NCBI GenBank assembly: GCA_965200315.1 | Contig: OZ241362.1 | Coordinates: 4,896,001-4,960,000, forward strand | Origin: Candidatus Latescibacterota bacterium | Lineage (GTDB): Bacteria; Latescibacterota; UBA2968; UBA8231 | Reading direction: 5' to 3' | DNA length: 64,000 nucleotides | Shown: in pieces, positions 10,300-20,326 of the stretch | Numbering within the stretch: the stretch's first letter is position 1 | Layout: every line of letters begins with the position of its first letter | Position numbers and translations under genes: made by a program | Notes under the pieces: model-generated | Told to the model about the DNA's origin: nothing | Seen by the model: the letters and a program-made list of their open reading frames with translations, nothing else | Database searches by the model: none

Positions 10300-10310
10300 G
10301 CGTTGGCCCT

Positions 10311-10673
10311 CTACGCTTCCTCTTGCTCGTCCGCTGCAGCCGGTTGGACTGGCGTAGCGGCTGCTTTCTTGCGCCGGCGCTTGGGCTTGTCGCTGGTGAG
10401 GGCGTCGTCGCGCACCCGGCCCTCTAGGCCCTTCCAGCGAGCCAAAACTCCTTGGCTGTGGAAGAGGTCGGCTACGGTCTCGCTCATCTGTGCGCCATTG
10501 TTGAGCCACTCTATGGCCCGCTCTTCGTGGATTTTGACTGTCGCGTGCATGGGGTCGTAGAGGCCCACCTCTGCGATGGCGCGGCCGTTGCGGGCAACGC
10601 TGGCGTGGGTGGCGACGATCCGGTAGTAAGGCTGTTTGCGTTTGCCTATTCTCTTAAGGCGAAGTTTGACCAA
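10311..10673 (-). CDS. rpsP: 30S ribosomal protein S16
   Basis: VKLRLKRIGKRKQPYYRIV, GLYDP, WLNNGAQMSETV. Confidence 0.97.
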   Translation of the reverse strand: MVKLRLKRIGKRKQPYYRIVATHASVARNGRAIAEVGLYDPMHATVKIHEERAIEWLNNGAQMSETVADLFHSQGVLARWKGLEGRVRDDALTSDKPKRRRKKAAATPVQPAAADEQEEA

Positions 10674-10698
10674 TGCTATTCTCCTTGGCGAAGGATGC

Positions 10699-12027
10699 CT
10701 AGCCCACGAGGGGCATTCTCATTTTGGCGCGGCCGCCTTTGGCGCGGCCCATCTGCCTGAGCATTTTCTGCATCATCTGAAATTGTTTGACTAGTTGGTT
10801 CACCTCTTGGATGGTCGTGCCGCTGCCGCGGGCGATGCGCTTGCGGCGGCTGCCGTTGAGGATTTTGGGTTGGACTCGCTCTTGGCGGGTCATGGAGTTG
10901 ATGATGGCCTCGACTTGGGTGAAGGCGCTATCGTCGAGCTGCATGTTCTTGGCGGCCTTGCCGGCCCCGGGAATCATGCCCATGAGCTGGTCGAGTGGCC
11001 CCATGCGGCGCACCGCTTGCAACTGCGAGAGAAAATCCTCAAAAGTGAAAGAGGCCCGGCGGAACTTTTCTTCTAGCTGTTTGGCCTTGTCGCGCTCCAT
11101 GGCCTGCTCGGCCCTTTCCACGAGCGAGACAATGTCGCCCATGCCGAGGATGCGCGAGGCCATGCGATCGGGGTGAAAGGACTCTAGGTCTTCGATTTTC
11201 TCGCCGGTGCCGACGAATTTGATCGGCCGGCCAGTGACGGCGCGGATCGACAGCGCGGCCCCGCCGCGGGCGTCGCTGTCGAGCTTGGTCAGGGCACAGC
11301 CGGTAAACGCGAGACGCTGGTTAAAGCGGGTGGCGGTTTCCACGGCGTCTTGGCCCTGCAGGCTGTCGGCGACAAAGAGAATCTCGTGCGGCTCGACGGC
11401 CTGTTGGATGCGATCTAGTTCGTCCATCATCTCTTCGTCGATGCTCAGGCGGCCCGCCGTGTCTATGAGCGCGACGCTGCGGTGAGTCTGGCGGGCTTGG
11501 TCGATGCCGCGGCGGCAGATGGCGACTGGATCAACGCCTGCCGGCTGGCTAAAGACGGGCACGTCGATAGAGGCTCCCAGCGATTGGAGCTGGGCTATGG
11601 CGGCCGGGCGATACACGTCGGCGGCGATCAACAGCGGCGGCCGACCTCTTTCCTTGAACTGGCGGGCTAGCTTGGCGGCCATAGTCGTCTTGCCACAGCC
11701 TTGGAGGCCGACGAGCATGACGACGGTGGGGGGGGGCTCGGCGAGGTTGGGCGGGCTGTTGCTGCCTCCGAGCAGGGCGATGAGCTCGTTGTGGACGATT
11801 TTGACTAGCTGCTGGCCCGGGGTCAGGCTCTTGAGGACGTCTTGGCCGAGGGCCTGCTCTTTGACCCGCTGAATAAAGCCCCTAGCGACCTTAAAGTTGA
11901 CGTCGGCTTCGAGCAGCGAGCGGCGAATCTGGCGCAGGGTATCGTCGATATTGCGCTCGGTGATGCGCCCCTGCCCGCGAAGAGAGCGGAAAAGGTCGTC
12001 AAAGCGTTCGCTAAGTCGGTCAAACAT
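10699..12027 (-). CDS. ffh: signal recognition particle protein
   Basis: LLEADVNFKV, GLQGCGKTT, DTAGRL, TKLDSDARGGAALS, M-domain RRKRIARGSG. Confidence 0.98.
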   Translation of the reverse strand: MFDRLSERFDDLFRSLRGQGRITERNIDDTLRQIRRSLLEADVNFKVARGFIQRVKEQALGQDVLKSLTPGQQLVKIVHNELIALLGGSNSPPNLAEPPPTVVMLVGLQGCGKTTMAAKLARQFKERGRPPLLIAADVYRPAAIAQLQSLGASIDVPVFSQPAGVDPVAICRRGIDQARQTHRSVALIDTAGRLSIDEEMMDELDRIQQAVEPHEILFVADSLQGQDAVETATRFNQRLAFTGCALTKLDSDARGGAALSIRAVTGRPIKFVGTGEKIEDLESFHPDRMASRILGMGDIVSLVERAEQAMERDKAKQLEEKFRRASFTFEDFLSQLQAVRRMGPLDQLMGMIPGAGKAAKNMQLDDSAFTQVEAIINSMTRQERVQPKILNGSRRKRIARGSGTTIQEVNQLVKQFQMMQKMLRQMGRAKGGRAKMRMPLVG

Positions 12028-12106
12028 GGGCTGATGCGTCGAGTGGTAGAGTGCGACAAAGAAGCTAAAATATAAATTAATATATAGATATAGCAACAGA
12101 GGTAGG

Positions 12107-12757
12107 TTAGCCACGCAGGTCGGCGATAATGCGGGCTGGGTCTTGAGCACCGAAGACGGCTGAGCCGGCCACTAAGCTCTGGGCACCGGCTTGTCGGCAA
12201 GCGGCTGCGTTGCCGGGATGGACTCCGCCGTCGATGCCGACGGGTACTGCTAGTCCTCGGCGCTCGATTTCCGCGCACAGGTCGCGGATTTTGTCGAGGG
12301 CGGTGGGCTGGAAGGCTTGGCCGCCAAATCCGGGATCCACGGACATAATCAAGGCCGAATCGAGCTCGTCGAGATAGGGGTAGAGGGCGGAGACGGGCGT
12401 GTTTGGATTGACCGCGAGGCCGCACTGGAGATCGTGCTGGCGAATGGCGTCGAGTACGGCTCGAAGGTCGGACTCGAGTTCTAAGTGGACCACGAGCGAG
12501 TCCGCGCCCGCCTCTTTGAAGGGGCCGATAAAGGGCAAGGGATCTTGCAACATCAGGTGCGTATTGAGTTCGAGGTGGGTGGTTTGGCGCACGGCCGCCA
12601 CGACCGGCAGCCCAAAGCTGATGTTGGGGACGAAGTGCCCGTCCATTACGTCGAGATGGAGAAAATCGGCCCCGCCGCGCTCGACGCGGTCGATGTCCTC
12701 GGCTAGGCGGGCAAAGTCGGCGGCCAACAGGGAAGGGCCGATGCGCGTGGCGTTCAT
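12107..12757 (-). CDS. rpe: ribulose-phosphate 3-epimerase
   Basis: PSLLAADF, HLDVMDGHFVPNISFG, MSVDPGFGGQ, IDGG. Confidence 0.97.
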   Translation of the reverse strand: MNATRIGPSLLAADFARLAEDIDRVERGGADFLHLDVMDGHFVPNISFGLPVVAAVRQTTHLELNTHLMLQDPLPFIGPFKEAGADSLVVHLELESDLRAVLDAIRQHDLQCGLAVNPNTPVSALYPYLDELDSALIMSVDPGFGGQAFQPTALDKIRDLCAEIERRGLAVPVGIDGGVHPGNAAACRQAGAQSLVAGSAVFGAQDPARIIADLRG

Positions 12758-13524
12758 GGTTCTTCCCAATTGTCAAAGGTCTCTGGCTTTGGGGGGGGCG
12801 CGGCGCTGACGACGAGGTCGATGCGGCTGTGGCGCGAGATGCGCTGCTCACTCGTAGGCTCTTGCGCTAGGACCGTGCCGCCGCGCTTTTGCTCGTCGAT
12901 GCGCTTGGCGATGTGGCCGATGCGCAATTCGTATTTGCGCAGGGTGTCCTCCGCTGCTCTGATAGACAGGCCGATTAGATTCGGGACGCGCTTGAGGGCC
13001 GTGGGGGGGCCGTTGCTGACTTGGAGGTCAACCTCACTATCGAGAGCGAGCTGAGCACCGGGGGGAGGCGACTGCCCGACGACAGCGCCCGCGGGGAGGG
13101 TTTCTGAAGAGCGGTAGAAGATTTGGCCGATCTTTAGCTGGTTCCCCTCTAGCTGTAGGCGAGCCTCGCGGAGGCTAACGCGGCGCACATCGGGGACCTC
13201 GTAGTAGCGCGGCCCTTTGCTCACGGTCAAGACGATGCGTCGCCCCTTTTTGACTAATTGACCAACACTTGGATTTTGATCGAGGACCTCGTCGGCGGGA
13301 ACGGTTTCGTGGTGTAGCGAATCGCCGATGGTCGCTTTCAGTCCTGCTTCTTTGAGTCGGGCCGATGCCGCGGACGCGAAAAGGCCCTGGAGATTGGGTA
13401 CTTGAACGCTGGGCGTGTCGACTAGGTGCGGCATGATGACCTCGTCGAGCAGGATGAGGGCGATGATACCGGCGAGGAACGCGCCCGTCGCGAGCAGGAA
13501 CAATTGGCGGAGAAAGCTTTTCAC
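12754..13524 (-). CDS. PASTA-domain membrane protein (three PASTA repeats)
   Basis: N-terminal TM then VPNL/VPDV/VPNL repeats with Q.P..G motifs; the GTG start overlaps the rsmB stop. Confidence 0.88.
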   Translation of the reverse strand: MKSFLRQLFLLATGAFLAGIIALILLDEVIMPHLVDTPSVQVPNLQGLFASAASARLKEAGLKATIGDSLHHETVPADEVLDQNPSVGQLVKKGRRIVLTVSKGPRYYEVPDVRRVSLREARLQLEGNQLKIGQIFYRSSETLPAGAVVGQSPPPGAQLALDSEVDLQVSNGPPTALKRVPNLIGLSIRAAEDTLRKYELRIGHIAKRIDEQKRGGTVLAQEPTSEQRISRHSRIDLVVSAAPPPKPETFDNWEEP

Positions 13525-14837
13525 GATGCGGCCTTGCGGATGCGTGCGGCAAAACTGCCGTCGCCGGCGTGTCGGCCCGGTATGGTCAGGACGTAGCGAC
13601 CAGCCCAAGGCTGGGCGGGAAAGTGAGCATCGGCGCACTCTAGCTGCGCGGTCGGGGTTTGCTTTAAGAAGCGCTCGACAATGGCTTCGTTTTCCTCCGC
13701 TTCCAAGCTACAGGTGCTATACACCAAGACACCGCCGGGCCGCAGGTGCTCGTAAGCGCGTTGGATGAGCACCTGTTGGCGCGCGGTCAATGCTGCCAAT
13801 TCGGTGGGCTGGCGACGCCAGCGGGCGTCTGGTCGCCGTCCGAGTACGCCAGTGGAGCTACAGGGCACATCGGCGAGGACGCGATCGAAGGCACCGCACC
13901 CAGGAGTTGTGCCGTCGCGGGCCACGGGGCGGATGGCCTGTAGGCGCAGGCGTCGGGCGTTTTCGCGCACCCGCTTCAGGCGCGGCAGCGAAATGTCGGC
14001 CGCTACGACCCAGCCGCGGTCAGCCATCGCCATGGCCGCTTGCCCGGCTTTGCCGCCGGGTGCGCTGCACAGGTCGAGCAGGCGTTCGCCCGGCTGGGGG
14101 TCGAGCAGGGCCACGGCCAAGCCGGCGTTGGGATCTTGGACTTGAAACTGCCCCTGCTGATATGCGCGTGAGGCAAAGAGGGCCGCGCCGTTTGTTGCTC
14201 GATAAAAGCCCGGCCTCGCCTCGATTGGGACTAGATTGAGTTCGGCGAGAGTTTCGCGGTTGGCGCGCAGCGGATTGAGGTAGATGTTGAGCGGGGCGGG
14301 CTGGTTGTTGGTTAGGAGCAAGTGTTCGGCGATTTCGCGGCCCCAGCGGCTGACCCAGCGATCGACCAACCATTCGGGATGGGAGTGGTACACCGCTAGG
14401 TAATGAGTCGGGGTCTGCTGCTGATCTGGGTAGCGAACCTGTGCGCGTTGCCGCAGCAAGTTGCGGAGCACGGCATTGACTAGGGAGGCAATGCCGCGGT
14501 GGGTCAAGTGCTTGGCTAGCTCCACTGAGGTATGGACGGCTGCGGACTGGGGCACGCGGTCGAGCCAGAAGAGCTGATAGGTGCCGAGGCGCAAAATGTG
14601 GCGAGCCCAAGGCGAGAGTTGGGCGACCGGACGCACACAACAGGGGGCGATGATCCAATCGAGTCGCTTCTGCCACCGCACCACACCGAGGACTAGCTGG
14701 CGGGCGAAGCGCACGTCGCGGTTGGTCGGCAAGCGTGCGTCGAGAGCTTGGAGCAGTTCGTCGAAAGGTCGAGCTTGCTGCTCTAGGTCGCGGAGGAGGT
14801 GTACCGCTGCAAGGCGGGCTGAGTCGGGAGGACGCAC
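13521..14837 (-). CDS. rsmB: 16S rRNA m5C967 methyltransferase
   Basis: NusB-like N-terminus (LRLGTYQL, VNAVLR), VQD, DLCSAPGGK, DVPCSSTG, YSTCS. Confidence 0.95.
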   Translation of the reverse strand: MRPPDSARLAAVHLLRDLEQQARPFDELLQALDARLPTNRDVRFARQLVLGVVRWQKRLDWIIAPCCVRPVAQLSPWARHILRLGTYQLFWLDRVPQSAAVHTSVELAKHLTHRGIASLVNAVLRNLLRQRAQVRYPDQQQTPTHYLAVYHSHPEWLVDRWVSRWGREIAEHLLLTNNQPAPLNIYLNPLRANRETLAELNLVPIEARPGFYRATNGAALFASRAYQQGQFQVQDPNAGLAVALLDPQPGERLLDLCSAPGGKAGQAAMAMADRGWVVAADISLPRLKRVRENARRLRLQAIRPVARDGTTPGCGAFDRVLADVPCSSTGVLGRRPDARWRRQPTELAALTARQQVLIQRAYEHLRPGGVLVYSTCSLEAEENEAIVERFLKQTPTAQLECADAHFPAQPWAGRYVLTIPGRHAGDGSFAARIRKAAS

Positions 14838-14840
14838 GGC

Positions 14841-16076
14841 TCAGCGCAAGAGGAGCATGGCGGAGTGTAGCTCGGCCGAATCCGTCCGCAGCCGATAGAT
14901 GTACAGGCCGCTGGCCGCGGGTGCGCCGGTTGCCGACTGGCTGTCCCAGTGAACCACATGATACCCCGGGAGTGTGTCTGCCGCAAAAGGCGTGGCCACC
15001 TTTTGACCCATTAGGTTGAAGATGTCGATTTGGGCAAACTGAGGCCCTCCCTCGGGGATGGCGAAGGGGATAGAGGTGCCGGCGTTAAAGGGATTAGGGT
15101 AATTCGGCGCGAGGATGGGTTCGTGCGGCAGAGCGAATCCAGACGGCTCTGAGATGGACGTGGCAGCGTCCCCCCATACTACTTGGCTTTCTGCACACGA
15201 GCCTTCGGCGCAGGTATTGAAAACGAGCGTGGTTGCCTGTTCGGCGTCGAGGAGTAGATAAGTCTGACCGCGCTCGTCGCTAGTGGTCGTTATCTGCTGG
15301 GCTGCGCCGGCCGGTATGGGGATGACCTCGTCGTTGACGAGCGCGTATGCCGGCCCTGCTCCGGGATTGGCAATGTCCCAAGTAAAAGACGCGTTAGGGC
15401 GTAAGTATCCAGCTTGCAAGAGGCGCGCAGACACGAGGATTTCGCCAGCACTGCTGTCGGCTACGCTGCCGCTGCCGACGGCAGAAAAGGAGGGGTGTTG
15501 CCCGACCGAGCGAAAGAAGATGCCATCCGGCAACCCTTGGCCCTCGGCATCGCAGTAATTGCGCAAGAACGCAACTTGGGGGTGGATGTCGTCGCGCTCG
15601 TCAAAGGAAGGCCCGAGCGACACCACATCGAGGTAGATGTCTAGGGGTGTGGTGGGGCTGATAGAGTCGGCCAAGGTGAAAGTCAGGCTGGCGAGATGGC
15701 CCTCGCCGGCTATCCCTGCACCGCCGAGGGTCGCGATGCCCCATTGAGCGGTTTGGCCTCTTATCTGCGGCAGCCCTGGGGAGACAAAGGAATTGGCCCG
15801 CGCTGTCTCGCCTAGCGCGCCCTTGATCGCGGCGATAGCGTTGGCTGGTTCCCAGCTAAGTTCAAATTTGACTTGGCGCACGTCGCTCATGTTGCGCGCC
15901 GAGACGCTGAACTCCACGGTGCTATTGGCGGCAAACCCGCAAAAGGGGCCTTCTTCGCCAATGAAAATTTCGGCATCTGCATTGGCGCCAGCCGCCGCGA
16001 GGCGAGGCAACGCGATGGCACCGAGGAGGGCTATATAGCAGAGAAACATGCCTTTTCTCCGAGTGGTTAAGTTCAA
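14841..16076 (-). CDS. secreted protein with cohesin-like region and FlgD/T9SS type A-like C-terminal domain
   Basis: Signal peptide; C-terminal NYPNPFNAGTSIPF...IFNLMGQKV...WD...ASGLYIYRL...MLLLR. Confidence 0.75.
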   Translation of the reverse strand: MNLTTRRKGMFLCYIALLGAIALPRLAAAGANADAEIFIGEEGPFCGFAANSTVEFSVSARNMSDVRQVKFELSWEPANAIAAIKGALGETARANSFVSPGLPQIRGQTAQWGIATLGGAGIAGEGHLASLTFTLADSISPTTPLDIYLDVVSLGPSFDERDDIHPQVAFLRNYCDAEGQGLPDGIFFRSVGQHPSFSAVGSGSVADSSAGEILVSARLLQAGYLRPNASFTWDIANPGAGPAYALVNDEVIPIPAGAAQQITTTSDERGQTYLLLDAEQATTLVFNTCAEGSCAESQVVWGDAATSISEPSGFALPHEPILAPNYPNPFNAGTSIPFAIPEGGPQFAQIDIFNLMGQKVATPFAADTLPGYHVVHWDSQSATGAPAASGLYIYRLRTDSAELHSAMLLLR

Positions 16077-16229
16077 AAAATACAGCGAGTAAATGTACGC
16101 AACGCTAGCGTCTAGGCAAGCGCACCGGCCCCTCCTTGACCGGGTTTTGTCGCGTTTGACGCGTTTGATATTATTGTCTAAGCTGCGTTAGACCAACTGC
16201 CAAGTAATTATGGACTATTGAAGATACTT

Positions 16230-17915
16230 ATGCGCCGTTATCTCGTCTGGAATGTCCGCCGCAACGATCCATACGATAGTTTAATCGATGACCTGCTCGC
16301 CGGCCGCGGCCTGACCCGCGCCGAGCTGCAAGTCGGTCCTGAAGTCCTGCATCCGCCCGAGCAAATGCAGGACATGAGCACTGCGGTTGTGCGCCTAGAA
16401 CGCGCCGTGCGCGCCGGCGAAAAGATCGTCGTGTACGGCGATTACGACGTCGATGGGGTTTGTAGTACCGCCGTGCTGATGGATTTTCTCGAGCGCGTGG
16501 GTGCCGACTGCGACTGCCTCTTGCCCGATCGCCACAAGGACGGATACGGCCTAAAGCCGCCTGGGGTCGAGTGCGCCATGGCAAAGGGCGCGCACCTCAT
16601 CGTCACGGTTGACAATGGAATCTCGGCTTACGAAGCCCTAGAGTTGGCCGAGGCGCGCGGCGTGGAGGTCGTCGTCGTAGATCATCACCAACAGCTCGCC
16701 GAACTACCGCACGCTCTTGCCATCGTCAACCCCAATCGCCGCGATTGCGCGTATCCCTTCAAAGACTTGGCCGGCGTTGGCGTCACCTTCAAGCTGGTGC
16801 AGGCCCTCAGCGCCGCCTTTCTCGCCGGCGAGGAGCGCCGCCGCTATCTCAATGAATTGCTCGATCTAGTAGCCTTGGGGACGGTGGCCGATCTCGTGCC
16901 CGTGCTGGGGGAAAATCGCCTGTTCATCCAGCGCGGCTTGCAGATCCTCCAGCAGACCCAGCGCCTTGGGCTGCGTACGCTCAAGAAGGTGTCCAACTCT
17001 CGAGATCAGCTCCTCGATGCCGCCAGCTTGGGTTTTCGCTTGGGGCCGCGGATCAATGTCGCTGGTCGTTTGAAGACGCCCGATATAGCGCTGCGGCTTT
17101 TGCGCTCTACAAACGAGGGGGAGGCCGCGCAGTTGGCCGACGAACTCAACCGGCTCAACTCTCAGCGGCAGGCTTGGCAGCGCGAGGGCATACAGGAGGT
17201 CGAGGAACAGGTCGGCCCGGAGGAGGATGTGGAGGACCACATCATCGTAGTGCTGGGCGAGTGGAACGTGGGGATCGTCGGCCTGTTGGCCAGCAAGTTG
17301 TGCGAAAAATACGCCCGCCCGGCAGTCGTGTGTACCCAAGGCGGCAACCACGGCCTCTGCGTAGGTTCGGCCCGCAGCATCCGAGGCTACGACATCAGCG
17401 AAGGAATCCACGCCTGCGAAGAGCATTTGCAGACGCATGGCGGCCATCCGGCGGCCGCTGGTTTTTCGCTTGAAGCCGATGCCTTTGAGCGCTTTCGCCT
17501 CGCGCTGATAGACCATGCCAACGCCCGCATTAGCCCCGAGGCTCTGCAACCTGTATTGGACATTGACCTGATGCTCAAACCGGCCGATTTGACGTTGGGC
17601 ACGGTGGAACAACTCGCCGCGCTAGAGCCTTTTGGCAACGGCCACCGACGGCCGGTTTTTGCCCTAGAGGGCTGTCGGGTTATTGGGGCGCGGCAAATCG
17701 GTTCCGGCCGCCACTTCAAGGCCGAATTGGAGGTGGGTGGTCGCCGCTGTGCGGCGCTGTGGTGGAACCAAAAAGACCTCGCCGACCAAGTACGGCCGGG
17801 CGACCGACTGAGCGCGGCTTTCGAGTTGGAAGCAGACACCTATACTGGCAACGGTGCCGTGCAGATGGTGCTCAAGGACTTGTACTTGCAGGAGCCGGCG
17901 ATCACCAATCACTAA
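16230..17915 (+). CDS. recJ: single-stranded-DNA-specific exonuclease RecJ
   Basis: YGDYDVDG, TVDNGI, VDHH, LGTVAD, GPRIN.AGR, GSARS, GGHPAAAG; start uncertain (16218 TTG or 16230 ATG). Confidence 0.96.
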   Translation: MRRYLVWNVRRNDPYDSLIDDLLAGRGLTRAELQVGPEVLHPPEQMQDMSTAVVRLERAVRAGEKIVVYGDYDVDGVCSTAVLMDFLERVGADCDCLLPDRHKDGYGLKPPGVECAMAKGAHLIVTVDNGISAYEALELAEARGVEVVVVDHHQQLAELPHALAIVNPNRRDCAYPFKDLAGVGVTFKLVQALSAAFLAGEERRRYLNELLDLVALGTVADLVPVLGENRLFIQRGLQILQQTQRLGLRTLKKVSNSRDQLLDAASLGFRLGPRINVAGRLKTPDIALRLLRSTNEGEAAQLADELNRLNSQRQAWQREGIQEVEEQVGPEEDVEDHIIVVLGEWNVGIVGLLASKLCEKYARPAVVCTQGGNHGLCVGSARSIRGYDISEGIHACEEHLQTHGGHPAAAGFSLEADAFERFRLALIDHANARISPEALQPVLDIDLMLKPADLTLGTVEQLAALEPFGNGHRRPVFALEGCRVIGARQIGSGRHFKAELEVGGRRCAALWWNQKDLADQVRPGDRLSAAFELEADTYTGNGAVQMVLKDLYLQEPAITNH

Positions 17916-17938
17916 ACCACCAACCACTTTTAAAAACC

Positions 17939-19147
17939 GTGATAAGTTCCCAATACACCAAGGAATTGTGCATCCGGGACAGCGACGCCAAAATCGTCTT
18001 GTTGGTCGTCGATGGCTTGGGCGGGTTGCCCCATCCCACCACGGGTAAGTCCGAGTTGGAGACGGCCCAGTTGCCCAACTTAGACGCGCTGGCCAAAGGG
18101 GGCACCTGCGGCCTGCTTTCGCCGTTAGGGGCTGGCTTTACCCCGGGTAGCGGCCCGGCCCACTTAGCTCTCTTTGGCTACGATCCTTGGCAGAATCAAA
18201 TTGGTCGCGGCGCCCTTTCGGCTCTTGGCTTGGGGCTGGACTTCGCCCGCGGCGACGTGGCGGTGCGCCTCAATTTTTGCACGGTGGATGCGGCGGGCCG
18301 GGTGTGTGACCGCCGCGCCGGTCGCATCTCCACGGAAAAAGGCCGCCAGCTCTGCGAAGTGCTAAGAGCGGTCGCCGTGCCCGGCGTGGAGGTGCAAGTC
18401 GCCGCTGAGATGGAGTACCGCGCTGGCGTGGTGTTGCGCGGTGCGGGCTTGGGCGACCAAGTCTCGGATTCGGACCCACAGGTGACAGGCGTGCCGCCCA
18501 AGTCGCTGACGGCACTCGCGCCGGGTGCCGAGCGCACGGTCGAAGTGGCCAATGCCTTTTTAGAGCAAGCCGCCGCCTTGCTCGCCGACGAGCATCCTGC
18601 CAACATGGTGCTGCTGAGGGGATTTGGTCGCTACCCAGAGCTGATGTCCATGGATGAGGCGTACGGGCTGAAGGCGCTGGGCATCGCCGGGTATCCCATG
18701 TACCGCGGCGTAGCCGGGGCCGTGGGCATGGATGTGGAAGTGGTCGGCTGGGACCTTGAATCCGAGTTCGCCTTGCTCGAAAGCCGCTACGCGGACTACG
18801 ACTTTTTCTACGTCCACGCAAAAAAGACCGACAGCGCCGGCGAGGACGGCGATTTCGACCTGAAGGTGCGGTTACTAGAGGAATTAGACGCCTATATTCC
18901 GAGGTTGCTCGCCCTGCAGCCCGAGGTGCTCATCGTCACCGGCGACCACTCGACCCCGGCGATTATGCGCAGCCACAGTTGGCACCCCGTGCCCACGGTC
19001 ATAGTCAGCCGCTGGGCGTTGGCCGATGCGGCGGATGAATTTTCCGAGCGCGGTTGCCGCACCGGCAGCCTCGGAATCGCGCCGGCGACCAGCTTGATGG
19101 CTCTCGCGTTGGCCCACGCGCGTCGGCTCGACAAATTCGGTGCTTGA
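17939..19147 (+). CDS. apgM: 2,3-bisphosphoglycerate-independent phosphoglycerate mutase (ApgM type)
   Basis: VVDGLGG, PGSGPAHLALFGYDP, DRRAGRI, KTDSAGEDG, TGDHSTP, HSWHPVP. Confidence 0.92.
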   Translation: MISSQYTKELCIRDSDAKIVLLVVDGLGGLPHPTTGKSELETAQLPNLDALAKGGTCGLLSPLGAGFTPGSGPAHLALFGYDPWQNQIGRGALSALGLGLDFARGDVAVRLNFCTVDAAGRVCDRRAGRISTEKGRQLCEVLRAVAVPGVEVQVAAEMEYRAGVVLRGAGLGDQVSDSDPQVTGVPPKSLTALAPGAERTVEVANAFLEQAAALLADEHPANMVLLRGFGRYPELMSMDEAYGLKALGIAGYPMYRGVAGAVGMDVEVVGWDLESEFALLESRYADYDFFYVHAKKTDSAGEDGDFDLKVRLLEELDAYIPRLLALQPEVLIVTGDHSTPAIMRSHSWHPVPTVIVSRWALADAADEFSERGCRTGSLGIAPATSLMALALAHARRLDKFGA

Positions 19148-19148
19148 G

Positions 19149-19997
19149 ATGATCACCCCCCTGCGCATTGCCCACCGCGGCGCCTCCGGTCCGGGGCTGG
19201 CACCCGAAAACACGTTGGCCGCTTGCGAAAAGGCACTCCAGATCGGCGTCGATATGCTCGAAATCGATGTCCGTGCCACCCGCGACGGCCAGATCGTGGT
19301 CCTGCACGACGCGGCGCTCGACCGGACCACTAACGGCACCGGATTAGTCGCCGACCTCTTGGGCGAGGAAGTGCGTCAATTCGATGCGGGCCGCTGGTTT
19401 AGCGCAGATTTTGCCGGCGAACGCGTACCCCTGCTCGAAGACGTGCTCGACTTGGCGCGGAACCAAGCCCTCGTGCTGATAGAGATCAAGGCCGCCGGCA
19501 TTGCCGAGCGCGTCCTACAGGTGATTGAAGCGGCGAGTGCGACCGAGCGCGTCGTGGTGCAGGCGTTCAATCCGCAAACTATCCGGCGGCTCAATTTGCT
19601 CGCGCCGACCCTGCCCACTGCGCTGTTGGTCGGTCAGTTGCCGACCCCGCCCTCGCGGGGGCGTGCGCGCCGCCTCGTGCGCCAAGTGCTGCAAGTGGGG
19701 GCCAACGCGCTGGCGATGTGGTACGCGGCGCTGACCCCGCCCTTCCTCGAAGAGATGCGCCAGCGGGGCATTGCGGTCTGGGCTTGGACCGTTGACGAGG
19801 ATATTGCCATGCGCGACTTGGCGACGATGGGGGTGCAGGGGATCATCACCAATCGGCCAGACCAGCTCAATCAAGTGCTCGATGAACTAGTCGCCGACGG
19901 GCCACTACGGCTGCCGTTGGGCCGGCGCATCAAGCGCAGCCGCTGGGGTCGCCGGCGTCAATTGCGCAAGCTCCAAGCCGCCAAGCGGGGCCGCTGA
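19149..19997 (+). CDS. glycerophosphodiester phosphodiesterase with basic C-terminal tail
   Basis: IAHRGAS..APENTL, LEIDV, HD..LDRTTNG, WTVD, GIITNRPD. Confidence 0.9.
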   Translation: MITPLRIAHRGASGPGLAPENTLAACEKALQIGVDMLEIDVRATRDGQIVVLHDAALDRTTNGTGLVADLLGEEVRQFDAGRWFSADFAGERVPLLEDVLDLARNQALVLIEIKAAGIAERVLQVIEAASATERVVVQAFNPQTIRRLNLLAPTLPTALLVGQLPTPPSRGRARRLVRQVLQVGANALAMWYAALTPPFLEEMRQRGIAVWAWTVDEDIAMRDLATMGVQGIITNRPDQLNQVLDELVADGPLRLPLGRRIKRSRWGRRRQLRKLQAAKRGR

Positions 19998-20005
19998 GGT
20001 TGCAG

Positions 20006-20209
20006 ATGCTCTACACCTTGTTGGCCATATTGCTGCTGGTCGTGGTGGTGCTGAAGTTCTGGTCGCCCTTTGGTCAGCGCTGCCCCCAGTGCCAAGCTCG
20101 CCGGGAGGACGCGGAATATCCCTTGTGTCCAAATTGTGGGTGGATTTACGAAGTGCCTGGGGAAGAATACGATGATTTTGCGCCGGACGACGAAAATGCG
20201 AAATTCTGA
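20006..20209 (+). CDS. small membrane-anchored zinc-ribbon protein
   Basis: Hydrophobic N-terminus then CPQC...CPNC. Confidence 0.65.
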   Translation: MLYTLLAILLLVVVVLKFWSPFGQRCPQCQARREDAEYPLCPNCGWIYEVPGEEYDDFAPDDENAKF

Positions 20210-20246
20210 AGGGTGCGCAGCCGCGCTGCCACGCCCTGATTTGCGC

Positions 20247-20276
20247 TTGACAATCCCCTCTACTTCCCTTTAGATT
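20247..20276 (+). promoter_or_regulatory. sigma70-type promoter candidate for the lipoprotein/L,D-transpeptidase operon
   Basis: TTGACA-N18-TAGATT upstream of ATG 20327. Confidence 0.55.
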
Positions 20277-20326
20277 GTCTGATTATATAGGGAAGCACAG
20301 AACGTTCAAACTCAGGAAGGTGGACC

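Noticed and set aside
12028-12106. AT-rich stretch between rpe and ffh
   Set aside because: Most simply the ffh promoter region; no structure or RNA gene evident.
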